Shown here: one piece after another, positions 28,546-37,559 of the stretch
How positions within the stretch are numbered: the first letter of the stretch is position 1
Layout of the letters: the number at the start of each line of letters is the position of its first letter
From: Lawsonibacter sp.
GTDB taxonomy: Bacteria > Bacillota > Clostridia > Oscillospirales > Oscillospiraceae
DNA length: 64,000 bases
Assembly: GCA_050943915.1 (NCBI GenBank)
Contig: JBMNQB010000001.1
Span: 213,712 to 277,711, forward strand
Direction of reading: 5' to 3'
Made by a program: the position numbers and the translations under genes
The notes under the pieces: model-generated
Told to the model about the DNA's origin: nothing
Seen by the model: the letters and a program-made list of their open reading frames with translations, nothing else
Database searches by the model: none

Positions 28546-29994
28546 TTAAATTTTCTTCCACACCGCGCCGCCGGGCACGTCGGTGACCTCGATCCCCTTC
28601 TCCTTCAGCTCATCCCGGATCCGGTCCGCCTCAGCAAAGTTTTTTGCCTTCTTGGCCTCGCCGCGGGCCAGGACCAGGGCGTCGATCTCAGGATCGCCCT
28701 CCCCGGTGACGGTGTAGCCGCCGGCAGTCCGGGCAGCCTTTGCCTTGGCCTGCTCCTCCCGCACCTTGGCCGCCTTAGCCAGCAGATCCAGGGACAGCAC
28801 CTGGTCAAAGCTGTCCAGGACGGCCAGCTTGGTAGCCCCGTTGGTCTTGGCCTTCAGCGCATCATACAGGGCCGTCACGCCCATAGACGTGTTCAGGTCA
28901 TTGCCCACCTGATTGGCGAATTTCTCCTTGTATTCCGCCAGAACAGCCTCATCCACATCCCCGTCCTTGGGATCCACTGCGGCGATCTTCGCCACCAGCT
29001 TCTGATAGGCCCCGGCCGCGTTGTCCAGATTCTCCCAGGAGAACACCAGTCCCTTGCGGTAGTGGCTCTGGAGGCAGAAGAAGCGGTAGGCCAGCGGGTC
29101 ATATCCCTTCTCCTCCAGAAGGGATACCGTCAGGAACTCCCCCTTTGATTTGGACATCTTCCCGGAGTTGGTGTTCAGGTGGTGGACATGGAACCACTGC
29201 TTGCACCAGGGATGGCCCAGATAGCTCTCCGACTGGGCGATCTCATTGGTGTGGTGGGGGAAGGCATTGTCGATGCCGCCGCAGTGGAGGTCCAGGTACT
29301 CCCCGTTGTACTTCAGGGAGATGCCGGAGCACTCGATGTGCCAGCCGGGGTAGCCCACGCCCCAGGGTGAATCCCACTTCAGCGCCTGGTCCTCAAACTT
29401 GGACTTGGTGAACCAGAGGACAAAGTCGTTCTTATTGCGCTTATTGGTGTCCTCCTCCACGCCCTCCCGGACGCCCACGGCCAGATCGTCCTCGTCGTGG
29501 TCGTTGAACACATAGTACCGCTCCAGCTTGGAGGTATCAAAGTACACGTTGCCCCCGGCCAGATAGGCGTAGCCCTTGTCCAGCAGTCCGGAGACGATTT
29601 TGATAAAGTCGTCGATCAGTCCGGTGGCGGGCTGGACCACGTCGGGTGTCTTGATGTTCAGCTTGGCGCAGTCGGAGAAAAAGGCGTCCGTGTAGAACTG
29701 AGCGATCTCCATGACAGTCTTGTGCTCCCGGCGGGCGCCCTTGAGCATCTTATCCTCTCCGGTGTCCGCATCAGAGCTCAGATGGCCCACGTCGGTGATG
29801 TTCATCACCCGGTTCACATCATAGCCCGACCAACGCAGGAACTTCTCCAGCACATCCTCCATGATATAGGAGCGAAGATTTCCGATGTGGGCAAAATGGT
29901 ACACCGTGGGCCCGCAGGTATACATCTCCACATGGCCCGGGGTATGGGTGGTAAAGGTCTCTTTTTTGTGGGTGGCAGAATTATATAACAGCAT
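28546..29994 (-). CDS. cysS: Cysteine--tRNA ligase
   Basis: YTCGPTVY, HIGN, PGWHIECS, KMSKS, ADRIRDEL. Confidence 0.97.
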   Translation of the reverse strand: MLLYNSATHKKETFTTHTPGHVEMYTCGPTVYHFAHIGNLRSYIMEDVLEKFLRWSGYDVNRVMNITDVGHLSSDADTGEDKMLKGARREHKTVMEIAQFYTDAFFSDCAKLNIKTPDVVQPATGLIDDFIKIVSGLLDKGYAYLAGGNVYFDTSKLERYYVFNDHDEDDLAVGVREGVEEDTNKRNKNDFVLWFTKSKFEDQALKWDSPWGVGYPGWHIECSGISLKYNGEYLDLHCGGIDNAFPHHTNEIAQSESYLGHPWCKQWFHVHHLNTNSGKMSKSKGEFLTVSLLEEKGYDPLAYRFFCLQSHYRKGLVFSWENLDNAAGAYQKLVAKIAAVDPKDGDVDEAVLAEYKEKFANQVGNDLNTSMGVTALYDALKAKTNGATKLAVLDSFDQVLSLDLLAKAAKVREEQAKAKAARTAGGYTVTGEGDPEIDALVLARGEAKKAKNFAEADRIRDELKEKGIEVTDVPGGAVWKKI

Positions 29995-30023
29995 AACAGA
30001 AAACCTCCATTGTTTTTTCTTTC

Positions 30024-30089
30024 GTATGGGCGGCCTTTGGCCGCCCGCTGTCGTGTTCCCTTTTGTAGGGGCGCACAGTGTGCGCCCCT
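30024..30089 (+). repeat. Pair of REP-like GTA(G/T)-flanked hairpins
   Basis: GTAT-GGGCGGCC TTT GGCCGCCC (30024-30046) and GTAG-GGGCGCAC AGT GTGCGCCCC (30065-30088), intergenic. Confidence 0.6.
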
Positions 30090-30116
30090 GCAACATCGCT
30101 GACCGCAGGGGCAGTC

Positions 30117-30770
30117 TCACGATTTCTGTTCCAAAAATTTCTCATCCAGCAGCCGCTCCAGCAGCTCCAGCCGCTGGGAGAGGGCGGCCACACGCTCCAG
30201 CATGGGATCCTCCACGCTGGTCTGGTCCACCTCGTCGGCATAGTGGGTGGCGCGGCCCGCGATACGGACGATCTGGGCCGGGATGCCTACGGCTGTGGCG
30301 TCCGGCGGGACCTCGCTGAGCACCACCGCGTTGGAGGCGATCCGGGCGTTGTCCCCGATCCGAAAGGGGCCCAGCACCTTGGCGCCGCAGCTCAGGAGCA
30401 CATTGTTCCCCACGGTGGGATGGCGCTTTCCCTGGTCCTTTCCCGTTCCCCCCAGGGTGACGCCATGGTAGATCAGGCAGTCGTCCCCCACCTCAGCGGT
30501 CTCTCCGATGACAATTCCCATTCCATGGTCGATGACCAGACGGCGGCCGATCTTCGCCCCGGGATGGATCTCGATCCCCGTCCAGAAGCGGCTCCACTGC
30601 GAGACACACCGGGCCAGGAACTTCCGGTCATGGCAGTACAGCCAGTGGGCCAGGCGGTGGTACAGGGTGGCGTGGACGCCCTGGTACAGCAGGAAGATCT
30701 CCAGCTTGGAGCGGGCGGCCGGGTCCCGGCGCTGGTAGGCCTCCAGCGTCTCATTCAGTGCTTGAAACAT
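30117..30770 (-). CDS. cysE: Serine O-acetyltransferase
   Basis: RDPAARS, TGIEIHPGAKIG, IDHGMG, GVTLGGTGKDQGKRHPT. Confidence 0.95.
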   Translation of the reverse strand: MFQALNETLEAYQRRDPAARSKLEIFLLYQGVHATLYHRLAHWLYCHDRKFLARCVSQWSRFWTGIEIHPGAKIGRRLVIDHGMGIVIGETAEVGDDCLIYHGVTLGGTGKDQGKRHPTVGNNVLLSCGAKVLGPFRIGDNARIASNAVVLSEVPPDATAVGIPAQIVRIAGRATHYADEVDQTSVEDPMLERVAALSQRLELLERLLDEKFLEQKS

Positions 30771-30814
30771 GACAGGCAACCTCCCATAATGTGGGTGCTG
30801 TGGGCAGCCAGGGC

Positions 30815-31037
30815 AAAAGAAAAACCCCCTACGCCGTCCACGCGGCATAAGAGGCGATCTCTCGCGGTTCCACTCTCATTTCTCACTTGTCTGACCGGTA
30901 ACGGGGTCAAGTCGGACGGCATTACCCGCCGCGCTCCCGGACGCACTTCACACCCTCCGCCGCAGGCCCCCTTTCAGCCGGTGAGGGGCCCTCTCTGTTC
31001 TTTGGAGCAGGCGCTACTTTTCCGTTCTCCGCGCGTT
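30815..31037 (-). ncRNA. T-box riboswitch (Cys) controlling cysE-cysS
   Basis: AATGAGAGTGGAACCGCG T-box (30863-30880), specifier GAAG-UGC (UGC at 30943-30945), terminator with U run. Confidence 0.9.
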
Positions 31038-31163
31038 TTATTCTACAAGACAGTATATTATCATTCCCGCCGCGCCGTGTCAACAAGCGCGGCGGGATTT
31101 TTTCCACCGGCCGGCGGACGCAAACACGTCCGCCGGCGGCTAAAGTGCGCACTTCTCCGAAGT

Positions 31164-32792
31164 TCAGAGTCTGGAGGCCAGCTCCAGCGCAGCGTCGATG
31201 TTGGGGCAGAACCACTCCTCCCCCACCGCCTCATAGAAGCCGGACTTGCGCATCACGGACATGGGCTGATCATTCACATGGGAGAGGATCAACTGCACCT
31301 TGTGCCGCTGACACTCCTTCCACAGCCGCGCCAAACCGTTGAGGGCGGTGATGTCCAGGGCGGGGACACTGCGCATCCGCAGGATCATCACCCGGCGGGT
31401 CTCTCTGGGGTCGATGTGGGGGATCTGATCCGCCGCGCCGAAGAACATGGGTCCGTCGATCTCATAGACCATCACGTGCTCCGGCACATGACGGAAGCGT
31501 CCCTGCGCATCCTCCGGGTCCTCCACATACTCCCACTCCTTGATCACCGCCACGTTGGCCATCCGCGTCATAAACAGCAGGCAGGCCAGGGACAGGCCCA
31601 CACCGATGGCAACCACCAAATCGAAGATCACCGTGAGGAAAAAGGTGATCAGCAGCACTGCTGCGTCGCTCTTGGGGGAGCGGCGGACCACCTGGAGGAA
31701 GGTCCGCCAGCCGCTCATATTATATGCCACCATCAGCAGGATGGCAGCGATGCAGGGCATGGGGATCAGGGCCGCCAGGGGCATGAGGAACACCAGGGTC
31801 ACCAGGACCACCACCGCGTGTACCATGCCGGCCACCGGGGAGTTTCCGCCATTTTTGATGTTGGCCGCCGTCCGGGCAATGGCGCCGGTGGCGGGGATCC
31901 CGCCAAACAGAGCCGAGGCGGTATTGCCGATGCCCTGGGCCACCAGCTCCATGTTGGAGTTGTGCCGCCCGCCGATCATCTCATCGGCCACCACGCAGGA
32001 CAGCAGGGACTCGATGGCCGCCAGGATGGCGATGGTGAACGCGTCCGGCAGGACCGCAGCCACCGTCTCATAGGACAGGGCCGGCAGCGTGAACTGAGGC
32101 AGGCCGCCGGAGATGGTATACAGGTCCCCGATGGTGTTCACCGGCAGCTTCAGCAGGCGCACCATGGCCGCCGTAGCCACCACCGCTACCAGAGATGCAG
32201 GCACGCGCTGAAAGAAGCGGGGCCAGATGATCTGGATGGCCAGGGCGATACAGCCTACCGCCAGGGCCCACAGGTTGACGGTATCGAAGCAGGAAATAAA
32301 CTCCTCCATCTTCTCCACCGTCTCGATGGGGGCGTTCTGGAAGGTCACCCCAAAGAAATCCTTCAGCTGTCCCACCACGATGGTCACCGCGATGCCGGAG
32401 GTAAAACCGGTGGTGATGGTATAAGGGATAAACTTGATCATGCTGCCCATGCGGAGCAGCCCCATGATCACCAGCAGGATCCCCGCCAGAATGGTAGCCA
32501 CCGCCAGGCCGTCCATCCCGTTCCGGGCCACGATCCCCGCCACAATGGCGGCGAAGGCCGCTGTGGGTCCGGCGATCTGTACCTTACTTCCGCCCAGAGC
32601 AGACACCAGAAAGCCCGCCACGATGGCGGTGTACAGCCCCTGCTCCGGGGACACCCCCGAGGCCAGGGCCAGCGCGATAGACAGGGGAAGTGCGATGATC
32701 GCCACAATGACGCCGGCGATCAGGTCCTTGATCAGCTTTTCCCTGGAATAGTCCGCCAGGGAGCGCAGCAGCTGCGGACGCAGTTTTTCCAC
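31164..32792 (-). CDS. SulP/SLC26 anion permease with STAS domain
   Basis: DLIAGVIVAIIALPLSIA, GPTAAF, PATGAIARTAAN, GPMFFGAA STAS. Confidence 0.92.
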   Translation of the reverse strand: MEKLRPQLLRSLADYSREKLIKDLIAGVIVAIIALPLSIALALASGVSPEQGLYTAIVAGFLVSALGGSKVQIAGPTAAFAAIVAGIVARNGMDGLAVATILAGILLVIMGLLRMGSMIKFIPYTITTGFTSGIAVTIVVGQLKDFFGVTFQNAPIETVEKMEEFISCFDTVNLWALAVGCIALAIQIIWPRFFQRVPASLVAVVATAAMVRLLKLPVNTIGDLYTISGGLPQFTLPALSYETVAAVLPDAFTIAILAAIESLLSCVVADEMIGGRHNSNMELVAQGIGNTASALFGGIPATGAIARTAANIKNGGNSPVAGMVHAVVVLVTLVFLMPLAALIPMPCIAAILLMVAYNMSGWRTFLQVVRRSPKSDAAVLLITFFLTVIFDLVVAIGVGLSLACLLFMTRMANVAVIKEWEYVEDPEDAQGRFRHVPEHVMVYEIDGPMFFGAADQIPHIDPRETRRVMILRMRSVPALDITALNGLARLWKECQRHKVQLILSHVNDQPMSVMRKSGFYEAVGEEWFCPNIDAALELASRL

Positions 32793-32956
32793 GTTCTCTC
32801 TCTCCTTTTTCTTTTCCGGGCAGGCCGCAGCAGGTGCGTTCTGCCCGCAGACCGGATATTCTTAACGGTCTCTTTACACACATCTCTTATCATACGGGAT
32901 ACGGAGGAGAAAAGCAAGTAAAACTGCAAAATAACCGTTCTTTTCTGCCAGATATG

Positions 32957-32986
32957 CAGGATGGCCGCCAAATGGCGGCCATCCTG
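32957..32986. terminator. Hairpin terminator after the MATE gene
   Basis: CAGGATGGCCGCC AAAT GGCGGCCATCCTG perfect 13 bp stem. Confidence 0.65.
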
Positions 32987-33022
32987 ATCAAATCAAAAGC
33001 AGACCGCAGCGTCTCTACGGTC

Positions 33023-34381
33023 TCATCGGACCGTGGGACCCGCCATCGGCGCCTCCCGCCTCCACCGCTGGAGCTGCCGGAGGTAGAAGGCCACCCCCAG
33101 GCTGCCTGTGATGACCTCTGAGAGAGGATAGGCAAACCAGGTCGCCTCCAGGCTGATCTTGGAAAAGATCCAGAACAGGGGGATCAGACAAAAGATCTGC
33201 CGCACCACCGACAGCAGCAGACTGGGCCCCGCTGCTCCGATGGCCTGGAAAAATACCGGCGGCATCAGGGAGAGCACAGCGGGGATGAAGCTCAGCCCGA
33301 TGATACGGAAGGCGTGCACTCCAATGGCCAGCACCTCCGGGTCCTGGGAAAACAGGCCGATCAGGCGGCCCGGGATGCACTCAAAGCTGACCACGCCCAC
33401 CAGCATAAAGACCAGTGAGATCCCACAGGAGTCGTACAGGATCCGTTTGCACCGATCATAGGCCAGACAGGCGAAGTTATAGCTGAGGATGGGCACGATA
33501 CAGGTCTGAAGTCCGTTGAGCGGGATGAAGAAAAAGGACTGGAGCTTATAATACAGACCCAGCACGGTCACCGCGTCGTCCGAAAACCCGGCCAGGATCA
33601 TATTCAGAGCCATGATATACACGGTGTACAGCATCTGCATGAAAATGGAGGGGTAGCCCAGGCGGTAGATCTGCCGAACATACTTCCGCATCACCACCGG
33701 CTTGGGCGGGCGGCGGAAGCCGGAAAGCCCCGTAATGACCGCCGCCACACACTGGCCCACCACCGTGGCGATGGCCGCTCCCGCGATCCCCATGCGCGGA
33801 ACAGGACCCAGCCCAAAAATCAGGATGGGGTCCAGCACGATGTTGGTCAGCGCTCCGGCGATCTGGGCCAGCATGGGCAGACGCATATTGCCGCCCGCCT
33901 GGTGTACCTTGGTCCAGATGCTCTCCAGAAAGATCCCCAGGCTGCCCACACACACGATGTTTCCATAGAGCACCGCATCGGCTACCGCACCCGAAGAGGT
34001 CGCGGAGGTGCGCACATAGGGCTCCATCAGCAGAAGCGCCGCCGCTGCAAACACCGCCCAGCTGATGACTGCCAGCACCATCCCCGTCCCGGCCGTGCAG
34101 TCGGCCGCCCGCTTCTTTCCAAAGGCATACATCCGGGCCATATAGGTATTCACGCCCACGCCGGTCCCCACCGCGATGGCGGTAATGATCAGCTGGACCG
34201 GAAAAATCACGGACAGTGCTGTCAGGCCGCTGTTGGAATACTGTCCCACAAAGTAGCTGTCCACAATATTGTAAAGGGCCTGGATCAGCTGGGCCAGCAT
34301 CACCGGAGGCGCGATGCGCAGCAGGATCTTCCAGACACGCTCTGTCTGAAAATAGCGGTCATCCACAGCTGTCTGACTCAT
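33023..34381 (-). CDS. MATE-family efflux transporter
   Basis: PPVMLAQLIQALYNIVDSYFVG, NIVLDPILIFG, GIAGAAIAT. Confidence 0.9.
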   Translation of the reverse strand: MSQTAVDDRYFQTERVWKILLRIAPPVMLAQLIQALYNIVDSYFVGQYSNSGLTALSVIFPVQLIITAIAVGTGVGVNTYMARMYAFGKKRAADCTAGTGMVLAVISWAVFAAAALLLMEPYVRTSATSSGAVADAVLYGNIVCVGSLGIFLESIWTKVHQAGGNMRLPMLAQIAGALTNIVLDPILIFGLGPVPRMGIAGAAIATVVGQCVAAVITGLSGFRRPPKPVVMRKYVRQIYRLGYPSIFMQMLYTVYIMALNMILAGFSDDAVTVLGLYYKLQSFFFIPLNGLQTCIVPILSYNFACLAYDRCKRILYDSCGISLVFMLVGVVSFECIPGRLIGLFSQDPEVLAIGVHAFRIIGLSFIPAVLSLMPPVFFQAIGAAGPSLLLSVVRQIFCLIPLFWIFSKISLEATWFAYPLSEVITGSLGVAFYLRQLQRWRREAPMAGPTVR

Positions 34382-34593
34382 ATCCGTTCTCCCTTCCTGT
34401 CTCATGCAAACTCCCGGCTCCCGCCTGGCGATACGCCGCGGGAGCCGACAAATTATGATACCATTTCAAGGAAGAACTTCAAGAGGTAAAATGGGTAAAT
34501 CCCGCTGCATTTCCGCCGGTTTTATTGGCTTTCTGACAGTAAAACCAGTCCATGTCAGTTCACTTCGGGCGCAAGGCCCTCTGTCGCGCTCCT

Positions 34594-34876
34594 CCGTCTT
34601 ATCCGTTCAGCTTGGCGATCGCAGCCCTGGCAGCCATCTGCTCGGCCCTCCCCAAAAAGCTGCGCTTTCCGGGGACCCCTTTTTCTTTCATTCCTCGGGC
34701 GGAGTCAATCCGCCCTCCGGCAAAAAAATTCCCGGCCGCAGCCGGGAATTTTGTTTGGACGCGCCTTCCGGCGCGGCTCGCTTGCGCTCGCAAAAGAGGC
34801 CCGGGACAGACAGAGCTCTCCCCCGTCTTATCCGTTCAGCTTGGCGATCGCAGCCTTGGCAGCCATCTGCTCGGCC
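34594..34876. repeat. 54 bp duplication of the rnc 3' end (34594-34647 / 34823-34876) flanking a structured element
   Basis: 53/54 identical; 229 bp apart. Confidence 0.95.
34648..34822. mobile_element. Small structured non-coding element, copy 1 (MITE-like; mobility inferred)
   Basis: Shares TTCCGGGGACCC, a 32 bp core (31/32 identical) and TTGGACGC with 37893-38047. Confidence 0.6.
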
Positions 34877-35499
34877 TCTTTTTTACTATGGCCCTTGCCG
34901 CGGCCGGCCACCTCTCCGTTCAGGTCCACCTCTACAAAGAAGCGCTTGTCGTGGTCGGGGCCCTCCTCGCCGGTCAGGCGGTACTTCAAAACCTGGCCGC
35001 TCTCCCTCTGGACCAGTTCCTGAAGGGCGGTCTTATAGTCCCGGGGGCTGGTCAGTCCCTCCACCTCCCGGCAGAGGATATACTGCTGTATGATCTTCCG
35101 GGCCGATCCGATCCCGCCGTCCAGATAAACCGCGGCCAGCACTGCCTCCACGGCGTCCGCCTGGATGGAGGGGCGCTTTCGGCCGCCGCCGGACTCCTCG
35201 CCCTTGCCCAGGTGCAGATACTCGCCCAGATGCAGCGCCTCCGCCACCTCTACCAGGCTGTCCTCACACACCAGGGCCGCCCGGGTCCGGGTCAATTCCC
35301 CCTCCGGCAGATCCGGGTGATTGCGGTACAGGTGGTCGGCCACCACCATGCCCAGGATCGAGTCACCCAGGAACTCCAGCCGCTCGTTGCTCTGGAGGCG
35401 TCCCCGGCTCTCATTGGCACAGGAACTGTGGGTCAGCGCATTTTCCAGCAGCGCCGGATCCCGAAATTCATAGCCCAGCTTTTCTTCCAACGTGGTCAT
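34828..35499 (-). CDS. rnc: Ribonuclease III
   Basis: SNERLEFLGDSILG signature; C-terminal dsRBD (DYKTALQE...SKKEAEQMAA). Confidence 0.97.
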   Translation of the reverse strand: MTTLEEKLGYEFRDPALLENALTHSSCANESRGRLQSNERLEFLGDSILGMVVADHLYRNHPDLPEGELTRTRAALVCEDSLVEVAEALHLGEYLHLGKGEESGGGRKRPSIQADAVEAVLAAVYLDGGIGSARKIIQQYILCREVEGLTSPRDYKTALQELVQRESGQVLKYRLTGEEGPDHDKRFFVEVDLNGEVAGRGKGHSKKEAEQMAAKAAIAKLNG

Positions 35500-35581
35500 C
35501 AGAACCACTCCTCGTTCTTTGGTTCGACAGGCAAGCAAAACTCCGCCGTTGGGCGGAGTTCTGCGATGTATGTCGTTTGGA

Positions 35582-35815
35582 TCAGTCGATCTTGTTCTGG
35601 AGGAACCGGACCAGATCACCCACCGACTTGATGGAGGCAGCTTCCTCCTCGGTCAGTTCATCAATATCAAATTCCTCTTCCAATGCCATGGACAGATCCA
35701 CAATATCCACGGAATCCGCGTTCAGGTCATCTTCAAAGGAGGTATCCATGGTAATGGAATCCGCATCCACATTGAACTGCTCCGCGATCAGTGCGCACAC
35801 CTTTTCAAAAATCAT
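35582..35815 (-). CDS. acpP: Acyl carrier protein
   Basis: [12 protein letters not shown] phosphopantetheine motif. Confidence 0.92.
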   Translation of the reverse strand: MIFEKVCALIAEQFNVDADSITMDTSFEDDLNADSVDIVDLSMALEEEFDIDELTEEEAASIKSVGDLVRFLQNKID

Positions 35816-35928
35816 AGCTGACTGCTCCTTTTGCTGTGCTCCAGCATAGTTTCTTTCCCTACTATATGCAGAAACCACCTGCCTGTCAATAGGGAATCCG
35901 GAATTTCTGTATATTCACCGGAAAATCG

Positions 35929-36960
35929 TTATTCTGCCTCCGGGGCGTCCAGCCGCATCAGGTCGATGTTGTCCGAGATATTCCCAATGATCCCGGAGGA
36001 GGCGAACTGATTGGCCTGGCGGATGGCGTTTTTGATGGCATAGGCATTGGAGGAACCATGAGCCTTGATCACCGGCTTGGAGATGCCCAGCAGGGCGGTG
36101 CCGCCCACCTCACTGGAGCTCATCAGCTTCTTGAATTTCTTCAGTCCGTCAGAGACCAGAGCCGCCGCCAGCTTGGTCATCAGGTTTTTCATAAAAATGC
36201 CTTTGATCTCCCTGGCCAGGAACAGTCCCGTCCCCTCCATGGTTTTCAGGAAAATATTCCCCGAGTAGCCGTCGGCCACGATGACGTCCACCGCGCCCTC
36301 CACCGCCTCCCGGGCCTCGATGTTGCCCACGAAGCAGATGCGGCCCTCCTCCCCCGCCTTTTTCAGCAGAGGATACACCGTGGTCTGGAGCTCCGTGCCC
36401 TTGGAGGGCTCCACCCCGATGTTCAGAAGGCCCACCTTGGGCTGTGGACGGCCCAGGACGTGCTCGGCGTAGTAGGAGCCCATATAGGCGAACTGGATCA
36501 GATACTCCGGCGGGCATTTTACGTTGGCCCCCGCGTCGATCAGCACTGCGCCGCCGTTTCCGGTGGGCACCACCGGGGCCAGGGCGGCCCGGCGGATCCC
36601 CCGGATCCGCTTGATCAGCAGGGTGGCCGCACCCAGCAGGGCGCCGGTGGAGCCGGCAGACACAAAGGCGTCCCCCTCCCCCGCTTTGAGCAGGTTCAGC
36701 CCCACCGTCAGGGAGGAGTCCTTCTTCTCCCGGAAGGCCGTGGCCGGGTTGTCGCAGATCTCCACCACCTCAGAGGCGTGGGCGATCTCCACCCCGGCGG
36801 GCAGCTCCTGGATGCCGTTTTCCTCCAGAACCTTCAGGATGTCCTCACCCCGGCCCACCAGGGTGATGCCCACCCCATACTCCTTGTTTGCCTGGATAGC
36901 GCCCATGACCGGCGCCTGCGGGGCGTTGTCTCCGCCCATGGCGTCCACGATGATCTTCAT
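35929..36960 (-). CDS. plsX: Phosphate acyltransferase
   Basis: IIVDAMGGDNAP, SAGSTGA, IDAGAN, KAHGSS. Confidence 0.96.
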   Translation of the reverse strand: MKIIVDAMGGDNAPQAPVMGAIQANKEYGVGITLVGRGEDILKVLEENGIQELPAGVEIAHASEVVEICDNPATAFREKKDSSLTVGLNLLKAGEGDAFVSAGSTGALLGAATLLIKRIRGIRRAALAPVVPTGNGGAVLIDAGANVKCPPEYLIQFAYMGSYYAEHVLGRPQPKVGLLNIGVEPSKGTELQTTVYPLLKKAGEEGRICFVGNIEAREAVEGAVDVIVADGYSGNIFLKTMEGTGLFLAREIKGIFMKNLMTKLAAALVSDGLKKFKKLMSSSEVGGTALLGISKPVIKAHGSSNAYAIKNAIRQANQFASSGIIGNISDNIDLMRLDAPEAE

Positions 36961-36961
36961 G

Positions 36962-37213
36962 TCAAGTTCCTTCTTTCTTCGGTGGTATCAAGGTCCTGGG
37001 CTCGTCGATCAAACCCAGAAGGTAGTCCGCTGAGACGTTGTAATGGGTACATATTGAAGCCAGGTTCTCAAACGAAGTCGTTCGACGGCCATTTTCAATG
37101 TCGCTGATCGCCGCCTGAGATACTCCGATGGCCTCGGCTAAATCCTTCTGCTGTTCTTTCGCATTTTTTCGCAGCTTTTTGACCCGCATACAAAAAATAT
37201 CCTTGTGATACAT
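36962..37213 (-). CDS. XRE/Cro-CI-type HTH protein
   Basis: QQKDLAEAIGVSQAAISDIENG...NVSADYLLG; GAGGAGG RBS. Confidence 0.88.
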   Translation of the reverse strand: MYHKDIFCMRVKKLRKNAKEQQKDLAEAIGVSQAAISDIENGRRTTSFENLASICTHYNVSADYLLGLIDEPRTLIPPKKEGT

Positions 37214-37224
37214 GGGGCCTCCTC

Positions 37225-37267
37225 TTGACTAACATTTGAATTCGCGATATGATATCGCTAATTCAAA
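37225..37267. promoter_or_regulatory. Divergent promoter with a 33 bp palindromic operator
   Basis: TTGACT (37225)-N17-TATGAT (37248); TTTGAATTCGCGATAT-G-ATATCGCTAATTCAAA (37235-37267, 1 mismatch). Confidence 0.75.
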
Positions 37268-37285
37268 TACATCGGTGGTGTCAAT

Positions 37286-37558
37286 ATGATTCCAGAGCTT
37301 CAAACCCTCTATTACTACGAGATCGACCACGCCCACCTGGACTTCGACTCCGATCCAACCTATCAGGAGAACATGGCCCGGGCGCTGGATGAATTGGGGA
37401 CCCGGGAGCTCTCCCCGGCCCTCTTTTCCCTGCTGAATACTGCGAACCAGATCTCCTTTACCCACGGCTTTCGCCTTGGGACCTCACTGGTTCGATGGGC
37501 CCTGCGGCGGTACACGCACCGGGCGCGTTCCCCCGGCAAAGCCAGGCGCAGAAGATAA
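37286..37558 (+). CDS. Small helical hypothetical protein (DUF6809-like)
   Basis: LQTLYY...ISFTHGFRLG; divergent from XRE; family assignment from recall only. Confidence 0.6.
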   Translation: MIPELQTLYYYEIDHAHLDFDSDPTYQENMARALDELGTRELSPALFSLLNTANQISFTHGFRLGTSLVRWALRRYTHRARSPGKARRRR

Positions 37559-37559
37559 A

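Noticed and set aside
34599-34793. Short ORFs ending in the duplicated tails (64 aa here; 60 aa at 37824-38006) as real genes
   Set aside because: TTG/GTG starts without a clear RBS, and different reading frames through the shared core; likely by-products of the duplication.
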